64,000 nt of DNA from Octopus sinensis (Eukaryota), in contig NC_043000.1 in the NCBI RefSeq assembly GCF_006345805.1, forward strand, positions 104,222,001 through 104,286,000, given 5' to 3'. Numbering within the stretch: position 1 is the stretch's first letter; each line of letters starts with the position of its first letter. The translations under genes were made by a program, and so were the position numbers. This document shows, one piece after another, positions 12,901-27,393 of this stretch. The notes below the pieces were generated by a model that saw nothing but the letters and a program-made list of their open reading frames with translations, searched no databases and had not been told where the DNA came from.

Positions 12901-15900
12901 CTCTATTAATATACCAGTCTCTTTGGTATGAAATCCTGGGTCATCATCAAATAATTTTGATATTGATTAAATTGCTGGTTTAACAAACAAATATAGAATA
13001 AACTGTATTTGTCATGTTTATTTGCACTTCAGATAGGATTCTTTGTGATATGTTGATTCAGTTCTCTGCACTCTATTCTCAAATCATATTGAGGTCAAGC
13101 TTGTCTTTCATCCTTTTGGAGGTCAATAAATAAGTACCAGTCTATAGTAGGTAGATGATGGACTTGTTAAAAAGTCTAGGAAGGTGGACAAGCAGTTGGT
13201 CCTTTTCATTTGAACAAGATTGGTGGTGTGGAAATAGGAAACTTGCATGCATGGATAACTACTAGTTTTCTATAAAATCCTTGCTGAGGCTTTTTCCTTG
13301 GTGGTATGGATCCATGACCTTGCAAGTAATACACAGTATGATCTTCGTGATTGATGAGTCAGTTCTAAAGTACATTGCAATGTATCTTCCTTAAGCTGGA
13401 AGAGGATGTCCAAGTTACTTGGCCGCAAGAGGGAGTTTACAGCCATCTTTTGGTAAGCAACTACTTTCACAGCTTGTCTAACACTATCCAGCCATTCACC
13501 TATAAAATGTGAGGTGGACCTATTGTCAGTTTGGCAAGTTGATACAAAAAATTGGATATTTTATGCAGTGATACAACTCAAAAAGCTTCATTGAACCAAG
13601 AATTGAATTTATAATCATGTAGACCAGTACCTAGATTTTGTGTATTAAATATCATTGTTTTTGTATTTGATTTTATTTATCTGAATCTGTTTCAGGCTAC
13701 TGAAGCTGCTGATCGAATTGGCTACCCTGTAATGTTACGCGCTGCCTATGCATTGGGTGGGTTGTGTTCGGGTTTTGCTACTAACAGAGATGAGTTATAT
13801 GCATTGGCTAACACTGCTTTTAAACATACCAGTCAAGTCCTCATTGATAAATCATTGAAAGGTTGGAAGGAAGTGGAATATGAAGTTGTACGTGATGCCT
13901 ACAACAACTGCATTACAGTAAGTTGATTTATTCTTTACCCTTTTTAAAGTATTTTGCTTTAATTCAGGTTTAAATATCCTAATTTGGTATTGGTTAAGGT
14001 TATTATGTTGCTCTGCATTGATATTTTTCTAATTCTCAGCAGAATTTTGTTGCATTTCAAACCAAGTATTTGATATTAGTGTTACTTATCATGTGACTAA
14101 CAACTTTAGAAGTATACTTTTGCTACTAGGGTGATATCAGGAAATAGGGTATACATATAATAATTACAATTTAACAAATTTCTGGGTGCTTAAAGTGTTT
14201 TTCAGTAAGCCATAAGATATTCTGTACCTACTCTCTGTACATTGTAAGGCATAACTAGAGAAATAACCGACCAACATTTATATTAGCTATTATTTTATAG
14301 AGATTGTTTTTAATTTGTGCATGATAAGCAATAATATATATGTCAAGTATTGTTAAATATTGCATGTAATATGAAATACAATTTTATGGCAACAGGACTG
14401 TGCATATCAAGGTCTTTGATTGCAGTAAATCTATTGTGTTACTTGCCAAGGGGTTGATAGCAAAATACTAACTTGGCAGGATTTTAAGTTCATAGCAATG
14501 AGGTATCATAGTAAAAACATAAACCAATATATTTGATATATGTTGCTAACTGTGATAAAGCTAATGCTCTAAGAAAACGTTGAACTGATTATTATACAAA
14601 TCTGTTTAATCCATATCTACTTGTACATCAGACACTTATGTCCATTTTAATGAGTATACATTTAGTTTTCACTACCTGTTTTACAAACAATCATTGAACC
14701 TCTTTGTAACACGTTACTAAAACTCACCATAAAGTATCATTAAACATAGACATTATGGCTGTGTGGTAAGTAGTTTGCTTCCTAACAACCTTGTTCCAGG
14801 TTCAGTCTCACTGCATGGCACCTTAGGCAAGTGTCTTCTACTGTGGCCTACGGCCAGCCAGATACTTGTGAGTCAATTTGGTTGATGGAAACTGATAGAA
14901 GCCTGTCGTATGTGTGTCACCACCACTTGACAACCAGTGTTGGTGTGTTTACGTTCCCATAACTTAGTGGTTTGGCAAAGGAGACCAATAGAAGAAACGC
15001 TAGGCTTTAAAAAAGTCCTGGAGTTGGTGTGTTCAACTAAAACCCTTCAAGGTTGTACCCCAGCATGGCTAGTCAAATGACTGAAACAAGTAAAAAAAAT
15101 ATGCATAATAGATGTAACCAAATATGTATTAGGTATTATCAAATGTAATAGATACTGCCAAATATGCCTGTTTCAGTGTCACAAAACCTATCTTATTTTA
15201 ATATCTGATTGAAATACTATATTTCATCCTCTTGCATACATTAGCTCACAACATTGTTACTTATTTTCTCAATTCACTTGTACCTTATCCTGTTTGTTAA
15301 CTTATGCAACCTTCCTGTTCTTATTCAATTATCCATTTGAAGAGTAGGTAGGGACAGTTCACATAATGTATGGTATTGAATAACAAATTGTGAGTAATGT
15401 ATGGGCTGGTATTGGCAGTTTTTTGCCATCTGAGTCAGTAAGTGTGTATTAAATTTGATCACTGAGAATTGTGTAAGTGGGAGGCTGAATGATGCTGTAG
15501 TTGGTAACTTAAAATTATTTAAAAGTGCTGGACTGCCAGATATAACGTTATGTAACTAACCAGCATGGGCATCTTGCCAGTTTATGACTTGTAGCTTAAG
15601 TTAAGCAAATAGCGTGTGCAGTGGGAGTGGCAGGAAATGGTAGCTAATTTTAGAAACGGGATCTGAGTTTTCTTGCTTATATATATATATAAATTATACT
15701 TATCAGAGTACAACAAAAAAAAAGTTGTTTTTTTTATAGGCTGAGTATAACTAAAATCAAATTTTTTCCTAACCATTTCAGCACCACTACTACCAATATC
15801 TTATGACTAGGTAGTTTATATAAGGGATATCATGTGTTCACTGAATTAACAGCAGACTACATTTTCGCTAAGTTTTTCATCAACAGGCGCAGGAGTAACT

Positions 15901-16054
15901 GTGTGGTAAGTAGCTTGCTTACCAACCACATGGTTCCAGGTTCAGTCCCACTGCGTGGCACCTTGGGCAAGTGTCTTCTACTATAGTCTCGGGCCGACCA
16001 AAGCCTTGTGAGTGGATTTGGTAGACAGAAACTGAAAGAGGCCCGTCGTATATA

Positions 16055-16103
<49 letters not shown>

Positions 16104-19100
16104 GTTTGTGTGTCTGTGTTTGTCCCCCCAACATTGCTTGACAACCGATGCTGGTGTGTTTACATCCCTGTCACTTAGCAGTTCAGCAAGAGAGACTGAT
16201 AGAATAAGTATTAGGCTTACAAAGAATAAGTCCTGGGGTTGATTTGTTTGACTAAAGGCTGTGCTCCAGCATGACCGCAGTCAAATGACTGAAACAAATA
16301 CAAGAATAAAAGAAAAAAAAGATCACTCCCCCCAAAATTTCAACTTAATTTTTTTCTTTTTCAAAAGTAGTTAGGTTGAAATTCAACAACTTCACTCAAA
16401 AATGAGTAATAACATTCTGAAATATTAAATTCAGTGGCTCTATTGACTTCTTAAAAGTCTCTTTTTCTCAAGTCTATCTCTAGCTTGCACTTCCTCTTCA
16501 TTTCTACTCTCTCTTTCTCACACACACACACTCAGTGGTAACAGGCTTGCTTCACAGTTATGTAGTTTGAGGTTCAATCCCACTGTGTGACATTGGGCAA
16601 ATGTCATCTGTTGTAGTCCCAGGCAAACTAATAGCTTGTGAGCAGAAAACTGTACAGAAACTTATTATGTGAGAAGATGTTGGCATTCATTGGCTTCACC
16701 TGTCACTATCTGAGCATAAAGTTGAGGTGATATTCACATTCCATATTTACTGCTCTACACTTTCAAGGACAAGTAGGATAAAAAAAATTTTTACTTAAGG
16801 CACAGGAGTGGCTGTGTGGTAAGTAGCTTGCTTAAGAACCACATGGTTCCTGGTTCAGTCCCACTGCGTGGCACCTTGAGCAAGTGTCTTCTACTATAGT
16901 CTCGGGCCGACCAAAGCCTTGTGAGTGGATTTGGTAGATGGAAACTGAAAGAGGCCCGTCGTATATATGTGTGTGTGTGTGTGTGTGTATATGTATTTGT
17001 TTGTGTGTCTGTGTTTGTCCCCCCAACATTGCTTGACAACCGATGCTGGTGTGTTTACATCCCCGTCACTTAGCAGTTCAGCAAGAGAGACTGATAGAAT
17101 AAGTATTAGGCTTACAAAGAATAAGTCCTGGGGTTGATTTGTTTGACTAAAGGCTGTGCTCCAGCATGACTGAAACAAATACAAGAAAAAAAGATCACTC
17201 CCCCCAAAATTCCAACTTAATTTTTTTTTTTCAAAAGTAGTTAGGTTGAAATTCAACAACTTCACTCAAAAATGAGTAATAACATTCTGAAATATTAAAT
17301 TCAGTGGCTCTATTGACTTCTTAAAAATCTCTTTTTCTCAAGTCTATCTCTAGCTTGCACTTCATCTCTACTCTCTCTCTCTCTCTCCCTCCTCTCTCTC
17401 CCTCCTCTCTCTCCCTCCTCTCTCTCTCTTCTCTCTCTCCCTCCTCTCTCTCTCTCTCTCTTCTCTCTCTCTTCTTCTCTCTCTCTCTCGTCTTTCTCTC
17501 TCTTCTCTTCTCTCTCTCCCTCTCTTCTCTTCTCTCTCTCTCCCTCCTCTCTCTCTCTCTCTNNNNNNNNNNNNNNNNNNNNNNNNNNNNNNNNNNNNNN
17601 NNNNNNNNNNNNNNNNNNNNNNNNNNNNNNNNNNNNNNNNNNNNNNNNNNNNNNNNNNNNNNACTATAGCCTTGGGCTGACCAAAACCTTATGAGTGGAT
17701 TTGGTTGGTGGAACCCAAAAGAAGCCCGTCATATATATGTATATCAATGTGTGTGTGCGTGCGCGTCTATTTGTCCCTTCACACCAGCATCACTTGACTA
17801 CCAATAGAATAAGTACTAGGCTTACAAAGAATAAGTCCTGGGGTCAATTTGTTTGACTAAAGGCAGTGCTCCAGCATGGCTGCAGTCAAATGACTGAAAC
17901 AAGTAAAAGAGAATACATGAAAAATAGCTAGGAGTTTGTGACATGAAGAGCATTCAACAATAAAATGATACTTTGAAGTCTCCATCCAATGTATGCTTGT
18001 GAGTCTGTGTGTGCGCGCACACATACCTTGAGTCTACTGACACATTTTCTATGGCCAAATTCCCTTTACAGTGTAGACTGGGTCCTTTTAAGTGGCACCT
18101 ACACTGGCAGGGTCACCAAGTATTTGCAAGATAAAACAAAACTTTTATAGGGGGAAGGTGATGATGAACAGGTTATAGTGAAACATACAGGTGTCTTGTA
18201 GTACAAGATTACCTAGTCAGAGAGAGAAAGATCAGGAATGGAGACAGAAACAGGTATGCTACCGTAAAGAAAATACACAGTTGCCCAACCTGAGGGAAGT
18301 GCAGGAGAGAGAGAGAGAGTGAGAGATCACAAGTTGGAGATGGTGGCAAAATGCTGGGCATACTCACAGGGAACGGGGATCAGAGTGTAAATAGGGTAGT
18401 TGAGTAAAGGAAGAGAGAGATATAGATAGTGGCAAGTGCCAGTGCATACCTTTGAGGTTCAAATGCCATAATATAAGTAACAGGATATTGTGGAGGGAGT
18501 GTGAGTAAGTAGCGAAAGACCTGGGTGTATATAAAGTTGGTGGGGTTACCGGGTAGCAATGATACAGAGGGACAGGATTGGGGAGTGAGAGCTAGGCATA
18601 GTGAATGAAGATGGAAATGCAAGAAAGAGAAGAGATGTAGATTGGGTTGTTGGGGTAGGGTGAGGGAAAAGATTTCTTGTTACGTGTGGGTGGAACACCC
18701 TGGTTGGGGCTAGCAGATGGCAATAATAGATTGAGACAAGGCATGAGGGTAGAACACACCGGTCGGGAGCAAGCAAAGATATAGTCGCACTGGACCAAGA
18801 GAAGATTGGGGAGTGGGAGGGAATCATAGTACATGAAGCAGAAGTGTGAGGAAGTGAAGGAATGTAGACTTGTTGAGTGTGGGTGGAACACACAGTGCTT
18901 CTAGAGCTCAGCTTCGCTGATGTGGGCAGGTTTTCTCAAGAACTTCATATCGCCAGACATCTCGGTCCATGGTCATTTTCCTCTATAAGGTCCAACTTCC
19001 TGAGACCAGTTCTTACCACTTCATCCCATGTCTTCCTGGATCTCCCTCATCCACGTTTACCAACCACTTTCAGTGATCAGCACTTCTTTATGCAGCTGTC

Positions 19101-22100
19101 CTCATTCATATCCCTCACATGTCCAAATCAACGTAGTCTTCTCTCTTCCATACTACATGTTTTTCTTCAATCTACACGTTTTCAGCGTTCACAGCACATC
19201 TCACTACCATGGAGAATGGCTGTTCATACACAAGCATCATACAGTCTACCTTAGAGAGGCCTTTTGTTGCCAACAGAAGTAATAGCTCTCTGAACTTCCT
19301 CCACCCAATTCTTATTCTAGAAACAATACTTTCAGAGCATCCTCCACCATTGCTAATTTGGTCACCTAGGTAACAGAAACTATCTACAGTCTCAAGAGAC
19401 TCTCCTGGGCATTTGAGAGCATCTAATTCCTGTGCGCTCTCAGTGCTTATTGTTCCTGCACATCTGCCACATACAAACACTACTCTATCTGTATTATATA
19501 AGTCTTAAACATACAGAATGTAAAGACAAACGAAAGCCTTCTAAGTATTTTGCCTGGCGTGCTAAAGATTCTGCCAGTTCACCACTTTAAACTGACCAAA
19601 ATATTAACTAATGATTAAAGAGGGAAGAAGGGAGTACAGATATGCGTCAAAAACTTTTAATAGAGCTGTATTGTTGGAAGTAGAGAAAAAATAGAAAAGC
19701 TGGCGACAGTATGGGTTGGTTACAGAAAGAGGTTCAACTATTCCTCTTTCGTGGTTACTGGAATCAATGCATTTGGCAAAATTATCTGCTGTCCAAGTTG
19801 CTGACATTGAAAAGTCAGTAGAAAGTACAATGATTGACTCTAAGACTATAAGTCTTTTAAAGAGAAATACTTTAACAAGACAATCTGTTCATCATCATGT
19901 GTTTATTTTAATACTAAACCCATTGTCATTTCTTGAAAAAAAAATTTTTTTAATCTATCAGCTATAACCAATGCAACTTATAATTTCTTTATTGATGCCA
20001 CTAGAAATACATACAATACGTAAAAAGAGCTGGATTAAACATTTTCAGATTCTATGTAGCTGAAATTTGGCCCACAGAAAAGTTGAACATTGGAAAATGG
20101 TTTTTTAAACTGTTATCATTAACAGCATCAGTCTTGCTCTCCGTTTCTCTCGTTAAACACATTGAGAGCAATAGATATCTAGCTACTGAGAAAAAATAGG
20201 GTTGATCACTGGTTCGTTATTTTTCCCATGGTGATAGTAACAACTAGAGTGGAATAATACCTGCACCTGGGTATGTAATTTGGCTATATAAAGGTTCTCC
20301 CATGGTTGACAGTGTTTAATAAACAAGAAGTTTATAAACAGGTAACCTCTACAATGGTACTATTATATTCTATTTCTTTTTACTGATATTATTTACATTT
20401 TTTGCCCTTTTTTAAATACTTTCCAGGTCTGCAACATGGAAAATGTTGATCCTCTTGGAATTCATACAGGGGAATCAATAGTGGTAGCTCCAAGTCAAAC
20501 ATTGACCAACAAGGAATATAATATGCTTCGGACAACAGCTATCAAGGTTGTACGTCATCTTGAAATTGTGGGAGAATGTAACATCCAGTATGCTGTGAAT
20601 CCAGAATCTCATGAGGTAGGTCTGCTTTATTTAAATTGTTTTATCAATCTATCTGTCCCCTATTCCTGATGGCTGGCTGAGAGTGGGTGGGTGGTGGGTG
20701 AGAGATAGAGCAGGGTAAGTGATCCACTTGATGAGAAAGATACTACTCTAGAAATTACAACTATTGGGTCACTGTTGACCTTTAACTGTGAATTAAATTT
20801 CATACTTATTCTAATAATGATGGTAAATATTTATTAACAAATGTTATTGGTATTTTTTGCAAATCACATTACCTCACTAAACTTTATATCTCTATAAAAA
20901 AAATTGCTTCAAATATAACATTCCTTTATAAAACTGCTTTCTGTAGTTAAAAGTAATGGAAATTTTGAGTGGATATATTTGATTTTTGCTGTCTTAAACG
21001 AAAAGGATACACTGGATAATGTAGAGCTAGATACTCCTTTAAAAAAAAAAAGTGAAAAAGTTGGTCAAGGGCTAGAATGCTTTGGATCAAATGTTTGTTC
21101 AATTATAGCTGGCCTAAGGTTTAAACAACATCACATACGCACACTGATAGACAGCACTACAGCAGTTAGTAATAGAAAGTAGTCAAATATGAAGACTTCA
21201 CTCGACATTGATCCAGAAGTGAGTTGTTGAATGATGTCTTGCATATCAAGTGGATGGCCTGTTTTTGAAAAAGTGTTATGCATGTGTCCAGAATGTTCCC
21301 TAGTTAAGATTTTTGTTATTTAATTTTTGCCCTACCAGGCAGGGGGTCATATATTAGTCACTGATCCATATTCTCATTGCTCAGTGATTTACATTCTGTA
21401 ATGTGCTTGTCATTCATTTCTGTTTTTTTTTTCTTGTAGATAATTTATTGACGTCTTAGATGGTTTAGTTAGTAGATCATCATTTAAGATTTGTTCTCCA
21501 TGCTGGTTTTGTTGCTTTCTGTTCTATGTTTTCTATTTGGTTGTCTTCAACTTATTCTGTGGGGGATAATATATTCTAATCGACACAGTGTGTTATGAGA
21601 GGCATGAATTTGCCTTTCCTTCAAAAATAAATTCTTTCATACTTGCTGTTGGTAAAATGTCAAGCATCGTCAGAATACATTTGTGGAGAAATGTTAAAAC
21701 ATCAATTCCAAAATATTTCCATTTGATTCTCGTTTATTTTATTAAATTCAAGACATATAAACAACTGAGAGTAATCTCCCTTCGTCATGTCAATAAAGAA
21801 ATGCATAAGAAACACGAGCATAGTCGGCAATCAAATCTAATTCTTGTTGATCTAAAAGTCATCAGTCATATAGAGATGACAAGAATTGAATCTCTTATCT
21901 AGTTCTTTTTAACTAATCTAAAGAAAAATTAGATGTATGACTTAAGGTCATTCTGGAGGAAAGCAAACGTCTTGTATCAACATAGCAAGAATGTTTGAAT
22001 ACAACAAAATGTGAGAGTGTGTGACATGTCTTCCAGAAGACAAGCTATCCACTAGATGAAATCGAGAAAAAATCCAGGCTTTTATAACTTCCTGTGGAAG

Positions 22101-25100
22101 TTTGTAGAAGCATTCTGAAATACTTTTTAGAACAATACTGGCTAAAGTATAGAAAGATTTCGGCTGAAATCTTTTCAACCATTAAGAGGACTTGTTTTAA
22201 ATTAGTTTAAAACAAACAGCATGGGTTGGATAGCTTGGAACAGGGCTATTCCAAGTTCTTTTGTCTGTTTTGGCATGGTTTCTATTGCTGGATGCCCTTC
22301 CTAATGCCAACCACTTTACTGGATGCTTTTTTGTGGCACCAGCAGGGTCACTAAGTAACTTGCAAGACAAGATAAAGTTTCCTCGACAGTGGGAGTATTA
22401 TTGAGGGAGGTGGCTTCGTGCCAGTTGATGAGAAGTTAGAATAATAGATGGATAGAGGTGTTTTGTTCTAGAAGAGCTACAAGGATATCCCAGTTAGAGA
22501 AAAAGAGAGAAGATACAAAGGATTGGACTGAGTGGGGGACAGAGGAAGATTTCATAAGAATGTAACAGGTGTTGATTAGATGGGATAGAGGTGGCTGTAA
22601 TAACTGAAGATAGGAGTAGCTTGGGTTGTCATGTTACATATGTTGGGGATTTTGGATAGAAAAGGGATTAAAGAGGTGCAAGGATGTATGGTGTATAGCA
22701 GATATGAGAGAGCATGACTGGACACCTATTAAGTTCACATTCTGCAAGGGTCAAGATTTTGTCATTTCAAAAGCTGATAAAATAAATACTAGTCATGATT
22801 TGACTATGCACTTCCTCAAATTAGAGACTTTCTGTCGGTTAAAAATAAATTTTTTATTATTCAGCAGAGATAGTAAAACACAATATACAGTTCTCTGAAG
22901 TTATTTTCTTTTATTTTTTTCTTTTGCTTGTTTTGCATCATTACTGTTTTATTGACCAATAATGAAGTTACCATTATTGTTGTATTATCTTTATAGTTCT
23001 ACATCATAGAAGTGAATGCCCGTCTGTCACGGAGCTCAGCTCTTGCTAGCAAGGCTACTGGCTATCCTCTGGCCTATGTAGCAGCCAAACTTGCCCTCGG
23101 TAAACCTCTTCCAGAATTAAGAAATTCAGTCACCAACTCAACAACTGCCTGCTTTGAACCCAGTTTAGATTACTGTGTGGTGAAAATACCCAGATGGGAT
23201 CTTAGTAAATTTTCACGTGTGTCAACAAAGGTAAGAAGAGAACTTTTTTATGTTAAGCAATCTCGGTGTATTATGTAGTTTAAGATGATATATAATTTCA
23301 AAATTTGATTTATATCTTTTAATATTTGCTTTTACATGTTATTGATATCTTTCTTATTAGATATATTTTTATTGACTTAATACTAACTAGTGGCAATATC
23401 TTATTGGGTTCAGCAATCGTTTGTGTTCCTTTCTCTAATAACATAAAATAGTGGCTGTAGTAGAACTTTTAACTCAGTAACCCAAAACATCACAAGTCAT
23501 TGTTTCTAATTAATGAATTATGTTTCGGAATTTTAACTAGTTTCCTTTATTGATACCTTAAGTGCTTGCTGTATTATAATCAGTAATTGATTTAAAACTA
23601 CAGAAACCATTACTAGTTTCAGTATTCCCAAGCAGAATAGTTTCAGTATTCCCAAGCAGAATAGTTTCATGTTTTGAATTTCTTTTTCACAAGTTATGTG
23701 AATGTAAACTGGGTGAGCCTCTCAGGAAACAGAAAATGTAATTGGAATAAGTTTCTTGCAGTTACATAGTAATGCAATCTCTCTGATATTGGGTAGTTAT
23801 GATATCTGATTGTGTAAAGCAGGGGTTTCTCAACCATTTGTTTTTGCCTATGGTCCACTTTGATTACCATTTTACTCTGGTGGACCCTCATAGACTTTCA
23901 ATGATTAAAAACCAGTTTTATAGATATTTCTTTCAACATTCTTATTTTGTTTTTCACCCATTCATATGTATTGGTTTTCTATAGAACTCACTGAGAGAAC
24001 ATTTTTCAGTGGTTGAAAACATGTTGAACTATGTAAAATGTGAGAGAAATAAGCTTAGTTGTTTCTTGCAATAAATACATCTAAAGCTAAGTTTTTTATA
24101 GACCCTCCCCCCAAAATACTACCATAGATACCCCATTTACTATTTTGCTTGCTTGGACTCCCCAGAATCTTATATTGACCCCAGTAGAGATTCATTTGTG
24201 GAAAGGAAGGGTGGAAAATGCACATAGAATGTATCCAGACTTGATATTATTATAAGCTTTTATTGTTTCCAGATTGGCAGTTCTATGAAGAGTGTTGGAG
24301 AAGCTATGGCCATTGGAAGAAAGTTTGAAGAAGCTTTGCAGAAAGCTTTGAGGATGGTTGATGAAGGTGTGAATGGTTTTGATCCTTATCACAAAGAACC
24401 CTCAGAAGAGGTAACTTTTAAATATTATGATTTACTTTTTGAATTATATCACTTGACTGAAGAAATTTCTCTAAACTTAGACAAATGCAAGACTAATGTA
24501 TGATTGCAGGGCATATGCTTATAAAAGACATTGAAGGACATTGATACAAAATGTGTTTAAATGTGATAAAAATTTGTTTCATTACTAAGAAGCACCAGAC
24601 TAAATTCGTATAGAAAAATTTCTGGTGGTTTTAATCAGCACAAATCAGTGGCTCCTTGCTTTCATTTCAATCTTACTGCTATCATGAGTAGCCCTAAACC
24701 CTGTGAATGAAATATAGTAAATGGAAGCTGGGGTGAAGCCCGCAGGAAGACCAATCCTATTTTTTAGTTGTAGACTTAATTTGTTATCTGCTTTATAAAG
24801 CCACTGTTTTGAGCAGCTAGAATAGTAGGAGGAGTTTGGTCTAAACACTAAATGATTTCAGCCAAGTCTGCTCCATTACATTCAAGATAACAAGTGTGAA
24901 GATAACTTCCAAGCAGTCCCAGGTGACCCCAAAAAAAGTCAGTGTTGCCCTTCTTTTCCTGATTTCTCCCTTCCCCCAAATTTTACACTTGTCTAAAGTT
25001 TATCAAGACATAAATTCAATTCTGGCATAGAAAGACAAAACTTAATACTCTAATGCATTTTGTTTCAGCTAATTGCTGCTTTATATGTATATGTGTGTGT

Positions 25101-27362
25101 GTTAAGTACTTAAAAGCCAACTGAGCAGCCAAAGAAGCTTATGAACATGCCAAATTTAACAGAGAGAAGTCTCTTAGCCAAATAATGCCAAGTAACATTA
25201 ACTCTATGTGCTTCAATTTAAATGACTCTCCTCTTTCAATATTGTCAAATCATTTGGGTATAATTGAAATAGAAATGATCCAATTATGCTGTAATGTTTT
25301 ATTATCAACATTTTGTGAATGGTAATTAAATCGTCTTTTCCAATATATTCTCCAGGAGCTGCAGAACCCAACTGATAAAAGGATCTATGTCGTTGCCTCA
25401 GCTCTTAAGAAAGGCTATTCCATTGAAAAACTTTACCAGCTAACTAAAATTGATCGGTGGTTTTTAAATCGGTTTAAGGTCATTGTTGACCAATATACTT
25501 TGCTGGAACAATTCCAAACAAGGGTAAGTACAAGAAACATATATTAGTACAAGTTATGTATTTTTAAAATTTTATTATTTAAACATGGTGTAATGATCAT
25601 GGAACTGTAATGTCCCAAGATACTTGTTCACAACAATGTGGTGATTGGTCCATTGGAAACCAAAACCAGCAGCATAAATTGTTCATATATTAATGATATA
25701 AATATATAGATGTGCAAAGTAAGAAAACTGATATAATAATAGCTTTAAAATTAGTATATTTAAGATGAAATTTATACCTTTGTTGGCTTCTATTCAGCTA
25801 CCTCTCTGGCCTCAGTTTGAAATCTAAAAAAGTGTAACTTGATAGAGGGTAGCTGCTATTTTTAGCAGGTTATACAATCACATTGAATCATGGCCAAATG
25901 CCCAAAACTGAAAATTTGTCCCTGAAGTATTGATTATTTGATAATGATTCTTGAGAAGCTCCATATGTTAGATTCAGAAATTCATCCAGTGGAAAGAGAA
26001 GACGCATATGTATTTATACGCAATTTTATTTATAAAATTACTTTATGTAACTGGTCCTTGATACAATGACTAAAAGGAACTAAAGTACTAATACAATTAT
26101 TTTTCATTCCTTTCTCTAATTTGTCTTCTAGCCCTGTGATCTTCCCAAACAAGTACTACTGCAAGCAAAGCAACTTGGATTCTGTGATCTGCAAATTGCC
26201 AAATGTGTTTCAAGGTAAGCTGATTTAAAATTAACTTTAAACTTGTATTCTATCTCCTTGTTAAATGTTTCATGCAGTGATTTATTGTTTCTAACACTAC
26301 CAAATGTTGTTACTTCTTTAAATCAAAATTTAGCTGGTTTGTCATCAATATACTTAACATGTGTTAAAATGCTTTACTAAATGCAATCTGTTTACAGCTG
26401 AAGGGGACAGTTGAGAGAGATATGTGTATGCTTGGTATTAGATACAAATATTTTCTTATGTCTACTTTATTGGCAGCATTCTACTTAACAAATTAGTCAG
26501 TGAGAGCAGGTTTGGGTACAAGTGATGGAGGTTACTCACTACTGGTATAGGGAGTACTACAGTATGTGTATGTGTTACTTTGAATAGAGTAACAATGTAT
26601 GATTTTATCATCTTTGACTTAATTTTGACTTTCTTGTTAATTGCAGCACTGAACTTGTGATCAGGCACACAAGGGAACAATTTGGTGTAAAGCCATGGGT
26701 GAAACAGATTGATACAGTGGCAGCTGAATGGCCAGCTGAGACCAACTATCTCTATTTGACATATAACAGCATTGAACATGATCTCCCTTTTGTGGACGGT
26801 CACATTATGGTGCTTGGTTCTGGAGTTTATAGAATTGGAAGCAGTGTTGAATTCGATTGGTGTGCTGTGAACTGTATCAGTGAATTGAGAGCGGTGAGTA
26901 CAAGAGAATGTTGGAAGATTGTCCCTCTGATCTGTTAGTTCTTATTCTATCAGTTCACAAATGATAGTAGTGGGGGACAGACACACACACACATATAAGT
27001 GCATACATACATGTGTATAAATATGTGTGTGTATATATAAACCATTGCAGCGTGGAAGGTGTTTATAAGCCATTTAAGAAACACACAAAAACCGTTAGAT
27101 TCACTTCAACATTTAAATTTAATTTGTCTAAATATTTTCGTTGCTTTGAGACCGCGACAGGTTCCCTGACAAAACTGCGTGCTGCATTAAATAGCTTATA
27201 AACACCTTCCACGCTGCAATTGTTTTCGTTCCAGCACACGATCTCAGATCAAGTCACTTGCTATGCAAGTACATCTCCGTAATATATATATATATACAGA
27301 TGTGTGTATGTATGTATATATGTGTGTGTGTGTGTATATATATACATATATATATACACATA

Positions 27363-27393
<31 letters not shown>

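Noticed and set aside
17355-17669. Leu/Ser-rich ORF
   Set aside because: Translation of (CT)n and the N gap.
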